Shown: piece after piece, positions 34,584 through 44,212 of the stretch | How the letters are laid out: each line of letters opens with the position of its first letter | Numbering within the stretch: position 1 is the stretch's first letter | Assembly (NCBI GenBank): GCA_046290465.1 | Contig: JBKAGP010000001.1 | Location: 5,865,299-5,929,298 of the forward strand | Source: Planctomycetota bacterium | GTDB taxonomy: Bacteria > Planctomycetota > UBA1135 > UBA2386 | DNA length: 64,000 bases | Direction: 5' to 3' | Notes under the pieces: model-generated | Told to the model about the DNA's origin: nothing | Database searches by the model: none | Seen by the model: only the letters and a program-made list of their open reading frames with translations | Translations under genes and position numbers: made by a program

Positions 34584-36280
34584 TGCGACCACTCGTGAGG
34601 GCACTGCTGCTCGGCCTGGTCGTGCTCGGTTCGATCCGTTCGCAGGACGTGCACGTCGTGCATGCCGACGAGAACGGCGTCGAAGCGGTGCGCCTCGAGG
34701 CGTTCGTCTCGGGTGGCAGCGAACGCGGCGTCGGCCTCGGCTGGATCCGGTTCGAGCTCGAGAACCTGTCCGAACGCGCCTACGCGATCTCGGTCGAACT
34801 GTCGTCGCGCCGCTTCTCGCGCAACGACGTCGCCACCCGCAAGGGGGTCACGCTCGAGGCCCACGGCCGCAGCAGCTTCTTCCTGCCGGTCACGGTGCCG
34901 CCGGACTCCGGGCGGGTGGTCGTCGAGGTCGACGGCAGCCAGTACGAGGCCGGCATCAACTTCGCGCGCGGTCGCGGCCACGTCGGGTTGTTCGTGTCGG
35001 ACCAGTCGGGCACCGGTTCGTTCGGGCTCGCGGTGCTCGAAGCGATGCCGTCGGACACGGCGAACCCCAAGCCGTACGTGACGGGCAGCGACGCGCTGCC
35101 GGCCGACTGGCGCTTCTTCACGTCGTTCTCGGCGGTCGTCGTCGACGGCCGCGCGCGGCTCGGGGCCGAGGTGCAGGACGCACTGCGGCGCTACGCGTAC
35201 GTCGGTGGCAGGGTGGTCGTGGCCACGCCGTCGCTGCTGCCGGCCGGACCGCTGCGCGACGCCGTCGGCGATCGCGCCGGGGTGCGCGACCACGGCATGG
35301 GCCAGCTGGCCGCGATCGGCGCGCTCGGCGGTGACACTACCCGGATGCGGCAGGTGCTCGCCGAGATGCGCCGGCTCGGCGACGGCGTGTGGCCGGCGCC
35401 GTACGACCTGTTTGCCGAACAGGACATCGCCGGCCTCGGCAAGGCGCCGGTGACGGCGTTCCTGCTGGTGATCCTGCTGTTCGCGATCCTGGTCGGGCCG
35501 GTCAACTTCTGGGTGCTCAAGAAGCGCAAGCAGCCGCTGCTGGCGCTCGTCACGGTGCCGGTGCTCGGCTTCGGCACGACGTTCGTGATCCTCACCTACG
35601 GGATCTTCCACGACGGCTTCGGGGTGCGCGGGGTGACCCGCAGCTGGACGCTGCTGGACCAGGTCGAGCACGAGGGCGCGACGATCAGCGCGCGCACGCT
35701 GTTCGCCGGTCTCGCGCCGAGCGACCTGACGACCGAGCAGCAGTCGATGGTGCTGTCGGGGCGCGCCGGCCTCAGTCGTCGCGACGGGCCGGATCGCTGG
35801 CACTGGGACGGCGACCGCGGCGTGCTCGGCGGTGGCGTGCTGCCGTCGCGCACGATCACGCCGCTGCTGTCGGCGCAGCAGGGGCCCGTGCGCGAACGGC
35901 TGACCGTGCGCCGCAGCGGCGACGCGCTCGAAGTGCTCGCCGACGGTGGCCTGAAGCCGGTCGGCAACATGGTGCTGCGCGACCTCGACGGCGACTACTG
36001 GGCCGGCACCGACGGCCGGCTGACGCGCACCGACGCAGTCGACGGCGCAGCCAAGTTCCTCGGCATGCTGCGCGAGTCACGCCAGGTCCGGGTCGACGCC
36101 GGCGACCGGACCACGCGCCTCGAGCTGCCGGCGGTGCTGCCACGGTGGGGCGCGCGCGGCACCTACGCGACCAAGGTGCAGGCGGCGCCGTGGATCGACG
36201 AGCACGGCATGACGATCGAGTACGACGGCCAGCAACACTGGGTGTTCGGCCGCATGCACAGCCAGGACTTCGTGCAATGA
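34583..36280 (+). CDS. Hypothetical membrane protein (signal peptide, extracytoplasmic domain, two central TM helices, C-terminal domain)
   Basis: Tail of ORF 33677..36280. ATG 34583 overlaps the moxR stop (TGATG). MRPLVRALLLGLVVLGSIRSQ, plus TM segments VTAFLLVILLFAILVGPVNFWVL and LLALVTVPVLGFGTTFVILTYGIF. I recognise no family. Confidence 0.7.
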   Translation: MRPLVRALLLGLVVLGSIRSQDVHVVHADENGVEAVRLEAFVSGGSERGVGLGWIRFELENLSERAYAISVELSSRRFSRNDVATRKGVTLEAHGRSSFFLPVTVPPDSGRVVVEVDGSQYEAGINFARGRGHVGLFVSDQSGTGSFGLAVLEAMPSDTANPKPYVTGSDALPADWRFFTSFSAVVVDGRARLGAEVQDALRRYAYVGGRVVVATPSLLPAGPLRDAVGDRAGVRDHGMGQLAAIGALGGDTTRMRQVLAEMRRLGDGVWPAPYDLFAEQDIAGLGKAPVTAFLLVILLFAILVGPVNFWVLKKRKQPLLALVTVPVLGFGTTFVILTYGIFHDGFGVRGVTRSWTLLDQVEHEGATISARTLFAGLAPSDLTTEQQSMVLSGRAGLSRRDGPDRWHWDGDRGVLGGGVLPSRTITPLLSAQQGPVRERLTVRRSGDALEVLADGGLKPVGNMVLRDLDGDYWAGTDGRLTRTDAVDGAAKFLGMLRESRQVRVDAGDRTTRLELPAVLPRWGARGTYATKVQAAPWIDEHGMTIEYDGQQHWVFGRMHSQDFVQ

Positions 36281-37212
36281 CGGCTCTCCTCGAAGTGCAG
36301 AACCTCGAGCGTCGCTACGGCAACGTGCGCGCCGTGCAGGACCTGTCGTTCCGGATGGACCACGGCCAGATCATGGGCTTCGTCGGGCCGAACGGCGCCG
36401 GCAAGACCACGACGATGCGGATCGCGGCGACGCTCGACGTGCCCGACGGCGGCGACGTGCGGATCGAAGGCACGTCGGTGCTGGTGGAGCCGCGCCTGGC
36501 GCGCATGCGGATCGGCTACATGTCCGATCAGTTCCACCCGTACCCCAACCTCGACGTGCTGCAGTACCTCGACTTCTTCGCCAGGGCCTACGGCCTGAAG
36601 GGCAAGCAGCGGGTGCGCATGGTCGCCTCGGTCGCCGAGTTCTGCGGGCTGTCGAGCTTCTCGGACCGGCCGGCCACCGGCCTGTCCAAGGGCATGGGCC
36701 AGCGCCTGCACCTGGCCAAGACGCTGCTGCACGATCCGGGCCTGCTGATCCTCGACGAGCCGGCGTCCGGTCTCGACCCGCGCGCGCGCATCGAGTTCCG
36801 CGCCCTGCTCAAGGAGCTGGCCGCCAACGGCAAGGGCATCCTGATCAGTTCGCACATCCTGCCGGAGCTCGGCGAGATGTGCGATTCGGTCGTCGTCATC
36901 GAGAAGGGCCAGCGCATCGTCGCCGGCACGATCGGCGACATCCAGCGCGAGGCGCAGCTCGAGCAGGCGATCGTCGCGCGGGTCGTCACCGACGGCGATG
37001 CGTTCGAGCGCTTCCTGGTGACCCAGCCGATGGTCGGCGAGGTGCTGGTCGACGGCCCGCGGGTGCGGTTCCAGTTCGTCGGCGACGACGAGGACCTGAG
37101 CCAGCTGCTGGCGCGCTGCGTCGAGCAGAAGCTGCCGCTGGTCGAGTTCGCCCGCGCCGAGGCCGACCTCGAAGACATCTTCCTGAAGACCACCAAGGGG
37201 AGGCTGCAGTGA
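36277..37212 (+). CDS. ABC transporter ATP-binding protein
   Basis: Tail of ORF 35389..37212, ATG 36277 (ATGA overlap). Walker A GPNGAGKTT, signature LSKGMGQRL, Walker B LLILDEP. Confidence 0.9.
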   Translation: MTALLEVQNLERRYGNVRAVQDLSFRMDHGQIMGFVGPNGAGKTTTMRIAATLDVPDGGDVRIEGTSVLVEPRLARMRIGYMSDQFHPYPNLDVLQYLDFFARAYGLKGKQRVRMVASVAEFCGLSSFSDRPATGLSKGMGQRLHLAKTLLHDPGLLILDEPASGLDPRARIEFRALLKELAANGKGILISSHILPELGEMCDSVVVIEKGQRIVAGTIGDIQREAQLEQAIVARVVTDGDAFERFLVTQPMVGEVLVDGPRVRFQFVGDDEDLSQLLARCVEQKLPLVEFARAEADLEDIFLKTTKGRLQ

Positions 37213-38921
37213 GCGCCGCCGACATTCCCGAGCGGCCGGCGCAGCCGGCCGTGCCGACGACCAGCCTCGGCCCGTTCGCGCGTCTCTCGGACGTGCTCAA
37301 CCCGATCCTGGTGCGCGAGGTGCAGCAGGCGATCAAGGGGCGGGTGTTCCCGCTGACGATCCTGGTCGCGCTGGCGATCAGCGTCGTGATCGCGTCGGTG
37401 GTCGCGTCCGACGAGGTCTCGGCGTCGTCCGGACGCCGCGCCTTCGACGCGGGCTTCGCGACGCTGGCGCCGCTGCTGCTGTTCGTGGTGCCGATGCAGG
37501 CCTACAACTCGATGCGCACCGAGCTGAAGGGCGGCATCGTCGAGCAGCTGCTGATGTCGCGGCTGAGTCCGGGCCGGGTGCTGTTCGGCAAGCTGCAGGC
37601 GGCGATGGTGCAGTTCCTGCTGTACGTGTCGATCCTGTCGCCGCTGCTGGCAACCAGCTACCTGCTGCGCGGCGTCGACCTGTTGACGATCGTCGTCAGC
37701 CTGTTCTTCGCGCTGGTGGCGTGCGTCGCGGCGACCGCGTTCGCGGTGTCGTCGGCGGCGCAGGCGGTGGTGCCGGCGCTGCAGCCGATCGCCAACCTCG
37801 GCATCGCCTTCGGCCTCGGGCTCGCGACGTTCGGCGCGGTCGCCGGGATCGTCGGGGGCGAGTACGCGCAGGGCATGGGCTACCTGCTGCGCAGCAACCA
37901 GGTCGGCATGGTGATCTCGGCGCTGGTGCTGGCCGCGGTCCTGTCGACGACGCTGTCGTGGCTGGCGGCGCGCAGCTACCTGCTGCACACCTTCGAGAAC
38001 AAGTCGTCCGGGTTCCGGCTGTTCCTGTGGTCGCTGCCGGTGGTCGGCTACGGGTGGATGCTGGGCTTCGTCGAACCGGGCGACTGGCAGTACGTGTTCC
38101 CGGGCATGTCCGTCGGCCTGGTGTTCGCCGCGATCGCGTTCGGCGTGTTCATGGTGACCGAGCAGCAGGAGTTCTCGCCGCGGGTCTACCACCACGTGCC
38201 GGTCTCGCGCGGGCTGGCGATGCTGGCAACGCCGTTCCTGCCGGGTCGGGACCGCGGCCTGTTGTGCTTCAGTGCGTTCTCGATCGTGCTGCTGCTGGTC
38301 GGTCTGCTGTTCTGGCCCTCGTCCAGCGGCTTCTTCGGGATGGCGCAGCACGCTGGGCGCATCGGCCTGATGGCGCTCGCCTACGGCATGGTCTACCTGC
38401 TGATCGGGCGCTGGCTGCGCGCGCGTCTGCCGAACACCGTGCAGGCCAGCCAGGCCGGCCGCGTGGTGCTGCCGGTAGTGCTGGTCGTGTTCTGCATCCT
38501 GCCGCTGCTGATCGACGGGCTGACCCGCGCGCGCGGCGTCGACGACTGGCACCTCGGCCACGTCATGAACCCGTTCTGGACCATCTCGCACTTCACCGCG
38601 TCGCGCTGGAACCGCGCGATGCCGTTCGTCGTCGGCGTGCTGATCGTCGCGACGCTGGTGCAGGTGCCGATCTGGTTGCGCGGCATGCGCGAGGTGGCGC
38701 AGGCCTCGGCCGAGCGCCGCACGCGGCGGAGCGGGGCGCTGGCGGATCCGACCGATGGGCGCGAGCCGGCGCACGCTGGTGTGGTGGCTGGCACTGCCCA
38801 GCCGGACACCGTCGAGACGGACATTGCCCAGCCTGACATTGGCGCGCCCAAGATCGCCGAACGGGATGACGCCGAACGGGATGACGCCGAACGGGATGAT
38901 GCCGAACGGGGCGATGCCTGA
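37209..38921 (+). CDS. Polytopic membrane protein, presumed permease partner of the ABC ATPase; repetitive acidic tail
   Basis: Tail of ORF 36879..38921, GTG 37209 (GTGA overlap). At least 9 hydrophobic helices. C-terminal AERDDAERDDAERDDAERGDA. Confidence 0.75.
   Translation: MSAADIPERPAQPAVPTTSLGPFARLSDVLNPILVREVQQAIKGRVFPLTILVALAISVVIASVVASDEVSASSGRRAFDAGFATLAPLLLFVVPMQAYNSMRTELKGGIVEQLLMSRLSPGRVLFGKLQAAMVQFLLYVSILSPLLATSYLLRGVDLLTIVVSLFFALVACVAATAFAVSSAAQAVVPALQPIANLGIAFGLGLATFGAVAGIVGGEYAQGMGYLLRSNQVGMVISALVLAAVLSTTLSWLAARSYLLHTFENKSSGFRLFLWSLPVVGYGWMLGFVEPGDWQYVFPGMSVGLVFAAIAFGVFMVTEQQEFSPRVYHHVPVSRGLAMLATPFLPGRDRGLLCFSAFSIVLLLVGLLFWPSSSGFFGMAQHAGRIGLMALAYGMVYLLIGRWLRARLPNTVQASQAGRVVLPVVLVVFCILPLLIDGLTRARGVDDWHLGHVMNPFWTISHFTASRWNRAMPFVVGVLIVATLVQVPIWLRGMREVAQASAERRTRRSGALADPTDGREPAHAGVVAGTAQPDTVETDIAQPDIGAPKIAERDDAERDDAERDDAERGDA
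38856..38915 (+). repeat. 15-bp tandem repeat, about 4 copies, spanning the permease/DUF58 gene junction
   Basis: GCCGAACGGGATGAC occurs twice, then GCCGAACGGGATGAT, then GCCGAACGGGGCGAT. It encodes AERDD repeats in the permease frame and ends at the DUF58 start codon. Confidence 0.9.
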
Positions 38922-39738
38922 ATCGTCGGCCGCGCTCGACCAGCAGGTCGCCGCGGTCGCGACCGCGTACCGCCTGTCGCTCGCCGGCACGCGGCACCGC
39001 GGCCGGATCGGCCAGCGTCGCGGCAGCGGCCCCGGCAGTTCGCTCGAGTTCCACGACTTCCGGGACTACGCGCCCGGCGACGACCTGCGCCACGTCGACT
39101 GGTCCGGCTACGCGCGCACCGACCAGCTGCGCGTGCGCCTGCACGAGGCCGAGGTCGCGCCGATCGTCGAGGTCCTGCTCGACACGTCGCGATCGATGGC
39201 GAGCACCGACGGCAAGCTGCAGACGCTGCGCGGCCTCGGCAGGGCACTCGCGGCGTGGTCGCGGGCCGAGGGCTCGCGCGCCCGCGTGCTGGCGCTCGGC
39301 GGTGGCGAGGTCGAGCTGTCGCAGCTGGTCTGCGACGGCGACGAGCAGCCGCGGGCGCCGCGCGCGCCGCTGCGGCCCGGCAGCGTGCGGGTGCTGGTGA
39401 CCGATGGTCTGTGGCCGCACGATCCGGCGCCGCTGCTGCGCGCCGTCGCCGCCAACGCGTCGCGCTGGCTGTGCCTGCAGCTGCTCGATCCCGAGGAGCG
39501 GTCACCGAGCGAAGGACCGGCGCACACGTTCGTCGACTGCGAGACCGGCGCGCGCGCGACGCTGCACCTCGACGCGGCGGCGCTGCGGGTCTACCACCAG
39601 CGCCTGGCGCGGCTGTGTGCCGGCCTGCGCGAACAGGTCGTGCGGCTCGGCGGTGACTTCGCGTCGGCGACCGCCGACGAACTCGGGGTCGTGTGCCGGC
39701 GCGACCTGTTGCCGGCGCGGGTGGTGGAGCCGGCATGA
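38914..39738 (+). CDS. DUF58 family protein (VWA-like, MoxR partner)
   Basis: Tail of ORF 38755..39738. ATG 38914 gives an 8-nt overlap with the permease gene. Motifs: SSLEFHDFRDYAPGDDLRHVDWSGYARTDQLRVR and EVLLDTSRSM. Confidence 0.85.
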   Translation: MPESSAALDQQVAAVATAYRLSLAGTRHRGRIGQRRGSGPGSSLEFHDFRDYAPGDDLRHVDWSGYARTDQLRVRLHEAEVAPIVEVLLDTSRSMASTDGKLQTLRGLGRALAAWSRAEGSRARVLALGGGEVELSQLVCDGDEQPRAPRAPLRPGSVRVLVTDGLWPHDPAPLLRAVAANASRWLCLQLLDPEERSPSEGPAHTFVDCETGARATLHLDAAALRVYHQRLARLCAGLREQVVRLGGDFASATADELGVVCRRDLLPARVVEPA

Positions 39739-41474
39739 CGTTCGCCGCACCGCTCGGCCTGCTGGCGCTGCTCGCCGTCCCGGCGATCGTGGTGCTGCAC
39801 CTGTTCCGCAACCGGCTGCCCGAACGCACCGTCGCGGGCCTGTTCCTGTTCCCGGCAACGCCGGTCGTCACCGACGGCGGCCGCACCCGCACGCGTTTGT
39901 GGCGCTCGCCGTCGCTGTGGCTCGAGTGCCTGGCCGCGACACTCGCGGCGCTGTGGCTCGCCGGGATGACGTTCGGCGGTCTGCTGCCGCGGCACCTGAT
40001 CGTCGTGCTCGACGACTCGGCTTCGATGGCCGCGCGGCAGGCGCACCAGCGGGCCGAGGCGGCGCTGCTGGCGCTCGGCGACGACCTCGGGGCCGACGAC
40101 CGCGTCACCGTCGTGCGCACCGGCCGGCCGGCGGCGATCGTGGTCGGTCCGCGCGCCGCCCGCGCGCAGCTCGAGACGTTCGTGCCGACCTGGGCGCCGG
40201 CGCGTCCCGGCCACTCGCTGCAGCCGGCGCTCGACCTCGCCCGGCAGTTCGCCGGCACCGTCGACGAGATCGTCTGCGTCACCGACCGCGAACCGCAGCT
40301 GCCGATCGACGACGTGCGCCTGATCGCCTGTGGCGTCGCCACCGGCAACGCCGCGATCACCTCGCTGCAGCGGTTGCCCGGGGACGGCGGCGATCGCCTG
40401 CGCGTCACCGTGGTCGGCTACGGCGCCGTCGGGGGCGGCGAACTGGTGGTGACGGCGGACGGCCGCGAACTCGGGCGGCCGCAGCTGGAGCTGGCCGCGG
40501 ACGGCCGACCCCGGCGGGTCGAACTCGCGCTGCCGCCGGACGTCGGCGAGGTCCAGGTCGCCCTGCCCGACGACGAACTGCTGCTCGACAACGTCGCCTG
40601 GTCGCTGCCGCCGCGGCCGCGCACGGTCGCGGTCTGCGACCAGCTGCCGACCGCGTCGCGCGCGGCGCTCGAGCTCGATCGGGTGTTCGACGCGATGGCC
40701 GGCTGGCGCGACGAACCGCGCCCGGAGGCCGCCCAGGTGGTGCTGCGCGCCGAGCCTGGTCCGACCCGTGCGGGGCAGCTGCAGCTGGTGCTGCGCCAGA
40801 CCCCCGGGCCGCCGCGCGGCCACCGCGGCCCGTTCGTGATCGACCGTTCGCATGCGCTGTGCGTCGGCCTGACGCTCGACGGCGTCGGCTGGCAGGCCGG
40901 CGGCGGCGACCTGCCGGGCCAGGTGCTGATCGCGAGCGGCAGCAAGGTGCTGTTGTCGGAGGAGCTGACCGACGACGCGCGCCGGCTGCATGTCGACGTC
41001 GACGGCCGGGCCGGCAACCTGGTGCGCGCGCCCGACTGGCCGATCCTGTTCGCGAACGTGCTCGAGCTCGGGCGGCGCGAGGTGCCGGGCTGCGAACGGC
41101 GCGAACTGCGCTGTGGTGAAGAGCTGCGCTACCGCGTCGGCCTCGGCGACACCGGGGCGGTGCTGCGTTCGCCCGCAGGCGAATGGCTCGGCAAGGTCGA
41201 GGACGGTGCGATCACCTACGACACCGAGGCGCCGGGCGTGCATCGCGTCACCGCCGTATCGGGCGCGCCGCTCGACGAGGTCGCGGTGCAGTTCGTCGAC
41301 GCCGGTGAGAGCGACCTGCGCCGCGCGTCGTCGGTCGACCGCCTGGCCGAGGCCGCGGTGCGCGAGGCTGCCGCGGCGCGCGTCGACCCGTCGTCGATGC
41401 GACGGTTGCTGGCGGTGCTGCTGTTGGCGGTGCTGCTGCTCGACTGGTGGTGGTTGCAGCGGAGGGGCGGATGA
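39735..41474 (+). CDS. BatA-type (aerotolerance N-terminal domain) membrane protein with a VWA-like region
   Basis: ORF 39693..41474, ATG 39735 (ATGA overlap). MTFAAPLGLLALLAVPAIVVLHLFRNR, HLIVVLDDSASM, and a C-terminal TM segment LLAVLLLAVLLLDWWW. Confidence 0.8.
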   Translation: MTFAAPLGLLALLAVPAIVVLHLFRNRLPERTVAGLFLFPATPVVTDGGRTRTRLWRSPSLWLECLAATLAALWLAGMTFGGLLPRHLIVVLDDSASMAARQAHQRAEAALLALGDDLGADDRVTVVRTGRPAAIVVGPRAARAQLETFVPTWAPARPGHSLQPALDLARQFAGTVDEIVCVTDREPQLPIDDVRLIACGVATGNAAITSLQRLPGDGGDRLRVTVVGYGAVGGGELVVTADGRELGRPQLELAADGRPRRVELALPPDVGEVQVALPDDELLLDNVAWSLPPRPRTVAVCDQLPTASRAALELDRVFDAMAGWRDEPRPEAAQVVLRAEPGPTRAGQLQLVLRQTPGPPRGHRGPFVIDRSHALCVGLTLDGVGWQAGGGDLPGQVLIASGSKVLLSEELTDDARRLHVDVDGRAGNLVRAPDWPILFANVLELGRREVPGCERRELRCGEELRYRVGLGDTGAVLRSPAGEWLGKVEDGAITYDTEAPGVHRVTAVSGAPLDEVAVQFVDAGESDLRRASSVDRLAEAAVREAAAARVDPSSMRRLLAVLLLAVLLLDWWWLQRRGG

Positions 41475-44212
41475 TCCAGTTCGTGCGTGCCGAGGCGTTC
41501 TTGTTGGCGCCGCTGTTCGTGCTGGTGCTGCGCGGTCGCATCTGGCCGCGGCCGCTGCTCGGCACGCTGCGCCTGCTGGCGCTGCTGGCGCTGTGTGGCG
41601 TGCTCGCGCAGCCGTCGTTCGGCACCGTCGCCGACGGCCGCGACGTGGTGTTCGTCGTCGATCGGTCGCGCTCGATGCCGGCCGGCCACCTGGCCGAGGC
41701 CCGGGAGTTCGCGCGCGAGGTCGTCGCCGCGCAGCAGGCCGGCGACCGCTTCGCGGTGGTCGAGTTCGCGCGCGAGGCGGCCATCGTCAGCCACCTGTCG
41801 GACACGCTGCGCTGGTCCGAGGCCGAGCGCACCTTCGACCGCGACGGCAGCGACCTCGGCGGGGCCTTGACCACGGCGCTCGGCCTGGTGCCCGACGGCC
41901 GCAACGCGACGCTGGTGGTGTGGAGCGACGGCGAAGTCGCGCGCGAACGGGTCGACGCGCTGGCGCGGCTGGCAGAGCGCCGCGGCGTCCGCATCGACGT
42001 CGAGCCGGTCGGACGCGCGTTCGGTCGCGACGCGGCGGTGCACGACGTGCGGGTGCCGCCCGAGGTGCCGATCGACGCGCCGTTCGCGCTGAACGCGACG
42101 GTGGTCGCCACCGCCGACGGCCCGGCCCGATGGCACCTGCTGCTCGACGGCGAGTCGGTGCGGCGCGGCACCGCGCAGCTGCGCACCGGCCGCAACGCGC
42201 TGCAGCTGCCGCTGGAGCTGGGCGAGCCTGGTGAGCACACCGTCGCGCTCGAGGTGCAGCTCGAAGGCGACGCCGTGCCCGAGAACGACCGCGGCCTCGG
42301 CGTGGTGCGGGGCCTGACCCGCACCCGCGTGCTGTGCGTGACGCCGGGTGGGCGCGAGGACCGGCTCAGCCGTTCGCTGCGCACGGCCGGCATCGACGTG
42401 GTGGTGGCCGCGCCCGAGGTCGCGCCGCTGACCCTGGCCGAGCTCGACGGCTTCGAGGCGGTGGTGCTCGAGGACGTGCCGGCGAGCGCGCTGCCGACCG
42501 GCGCGATGCAGGTCGTGCGCAGCTGGGTGCGCGACCTCGGCGGCGGCCTGCTGATGACCGGCGGCCACCAGAGCTTCGGTGTCGGCGGCTACCACCAGTC
42601 GCCGATCGAGGAGGTGCTGCCGGTCACGCTCGAGATCCGCGACGAGCAGCGTCGCTTCGGCCTGGCGATGGCGGTGGCGCTGGACCGCTCGGGCTCGATG
42701 CAGGCGACCGCCGGCGACACCACCAAGATGCAGCTCGCCAACCGGGGCGCTGCCGGAGCGATCGAGTTGATGGCGCCGACCGACGCGGTCGCGGTGCTCG
42801 CCGTCGACACCGAGGCGCACGTCGTGCTGCCGCTGACCGCCGTCGACGACAAGGAGGGCATCCAGCAGCAGGTGCGCGCGATCGAGTCGAGCGGCGGCGG
42901 CATCTACGTCGGGGCCGCGCTGCACGAGTGCGCGCGCCAGCTCAGCGAGGCCGAACAGGAGGGCCGCCACATCGTGCTGTTCGCCGACGCCAGCGACGCC
43001 GAGGAGCCGCTCGACTACCTCGAGTTCGTGCCGAAGCTCGCCGCCGACGGCATCACGGTGTCGGTGATCGGGCTGGGCTCGCCGTCCGATCGCGACGCGC
43101 CGCTGCTCGAGGAGATCGCCGAACTCGGCAACGGCCGCTGCCAGTTCGTCGCCGACGCGACCGAGCTGCCGCGGGTGTTCGCGCAGGAGACCATCGAGGT
43201 GACGCGCAGCGCGCTGGTCGAGGAATCGACCGAGCTGCGCGTCGAGCCGACGCTGCAGCTGCTCGGCCAGCTGCCCGACGAGGCGCCGCCGGTCGGCGGC
43301 TTCTCGGTCGCCTGGATCCGCGACCGCGCCGACCGCGACATCACTACGCTCGACGAGCACGACGCGCCGCTGCTGGCGCACTGGCAGGTCGGCCTCGGCC
43401 GCGGGGCGGCGTTCCTCGGCGAGGCCGACGGGGCGCTGACCGGTGCGTGGGGACAGTGGGACGGCTACGCCGACCTGTTTTCGGCGGTGGTGCGCTGGCT
43501 GTGCGGCGGCGCTCCCGGCGGGGTCTACGTCGATGCGCGGCGCGAACGCGACACCGCCGTCTACTCGCTCGAAGTCGAACCCGAACGCGCCGCCGTGCTC
43601 GATGGCATCGACGGCGTGCACACGACGCCGGATGGCGCGACCGGCCCGCTGCGGTTCACCCGTCTGCAGCCGGGCCGCGTCGAAGCGCGCGTGCCGCTGG
43701 TGCAGGAGGGCGTGCATCGCGCCGCGGTCCGGATCGGCGGCGAGTCGCTGCGGCTGCCGCCGCTGGCGCGGCCGTTCTCGCCCGAGTGGGAACTGCAGCC
43801 TGACCCCCGCTACGGCGAGGTCACGCTGCGCGGCCTGACGCGCCGCACTGGCGGCAACGTGTCGCCGGCGAGCGCGCAGGTGCTCGCCGGCCCGCGCCGC
43901 AGCCGCGGCCGTCAGCAGCTGGGGCCGTGGCTGGTGTCGGTGGCGCTGCTGTTGCTCGTCGCGGAGATCGCGAGCCGGCGGCTGCTGCTGCACGTGCCGA
44001 CGCCGCGCTTCCTGCAGCGTCGGGCCACGAAGGAGCGAGCCGCGGCGGCGAGCGCCGGGGCCGTGCCGGCGAAGCGCGCGGCGAAGCCCGCAGCGGGTGC
44101 GCCCTTGGGCAGCGGCCAGGGAGACGACGACGGCGGCGACGACGGCGGCGGCGAAACCGGTCTCTTGTCGGCGCTCGAGCGCGCCCACAAGCGCGGCGGT
44201 CGCAGGGTCTAG
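41471..44212 (+). CDS. Large membrane protein with two VWA domains and a central GATase1-like domain
   Basis: ORF 41447..44212, ATG 41471 (ATGA overlap). N-terminal TM pair, VVFVVDRSRSM, GFEAVVLEDVP...GGGLLMTGG, AVALDRSGSM, and a C-terminal TM segment WLVSVALLLLVAEIASRRLL. Confidence 0.85.
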   Translation: MIQFVRAEAFLLAPLFVLVLRGRIWPRPLLGTLRLLALLALCGVLAQPSFGTVADGRDVVFVVDRSRSMPAGHLAEAREFAREVVAAQQAGDRFAVVEFAREAAIVSHLSDTLRWSEAERTFDRDGSDLGGALTTALGLVPDGRNATLVVWSDGEVARERVDALARLAERRGVRIDVEPVGRAFGRDAAVHDVRVPPEVPIDAPFALNATVVATADGPARWHLLLDGESVRRGTAQLRTGRNALQLPLELGEPGEHTVALEVQLEGDAVPENDRGLGVVRGLTRTRVLCVTPGGREDRLSRSLRTAGIDVVVAAPEVAPLTLAELDGFEAVVLEDVPASALPTGAMQVVRSWVRDLGGGLLMTGGHQSFGVGGYHQSPIEEVLPVTLEIRDEQRRFGLAMAVALDRSGSMQATAGDTTKMQLANRGAAGAIELMAPTDAVAVLAVDTEAHVVLPLTAVDDKEGIQQQVRAIESSGGGIYVGAALHECARQLSEAEQEGRHIVLFADASDAEEPLDYLEFVPKLAADGITVSVIGLGSPSDRDAPLLEEIAELGNGRCQFVADATELPRVFAQETIEVTRSALVEESTELRVEPTLQLLGQLPDEAPPVGGFSVAWIRDRADRDITTLDEHDAPLLAHWQVGLGRGAAFLGEADGALTGAWGQWDGYADLFSAVVRWLCGGAPGGVYVDARRERDTAVYSLEVEPERAAVLDGIDGVHTTPDGATGPLRFTRLQPGRVEARVPLVQEGVHRAAVRIGGESLRLPPLARPFSPEWELQPDPRYGEVTLRGLTRRTGGNVSPASAQVLAGPRRSRGRQQLGPWLVSVALLLLVAEIASRRLLLHVPTPRFLQRRATKERAAAASAGAVPAKRAAKPAAGAPLGSGQGDDDGGDDGGGETGLLSALERAHKRGGRRV

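Noticed and set aside
38856-38915. CRISPR-like array, considered for this and the other short tandem repeats.
   Set aside because: The units are 14-16 bp, directly abutting with no spacers, with at most 4 copies, and most lie inside coding sequence. There are no cas genes in the window.
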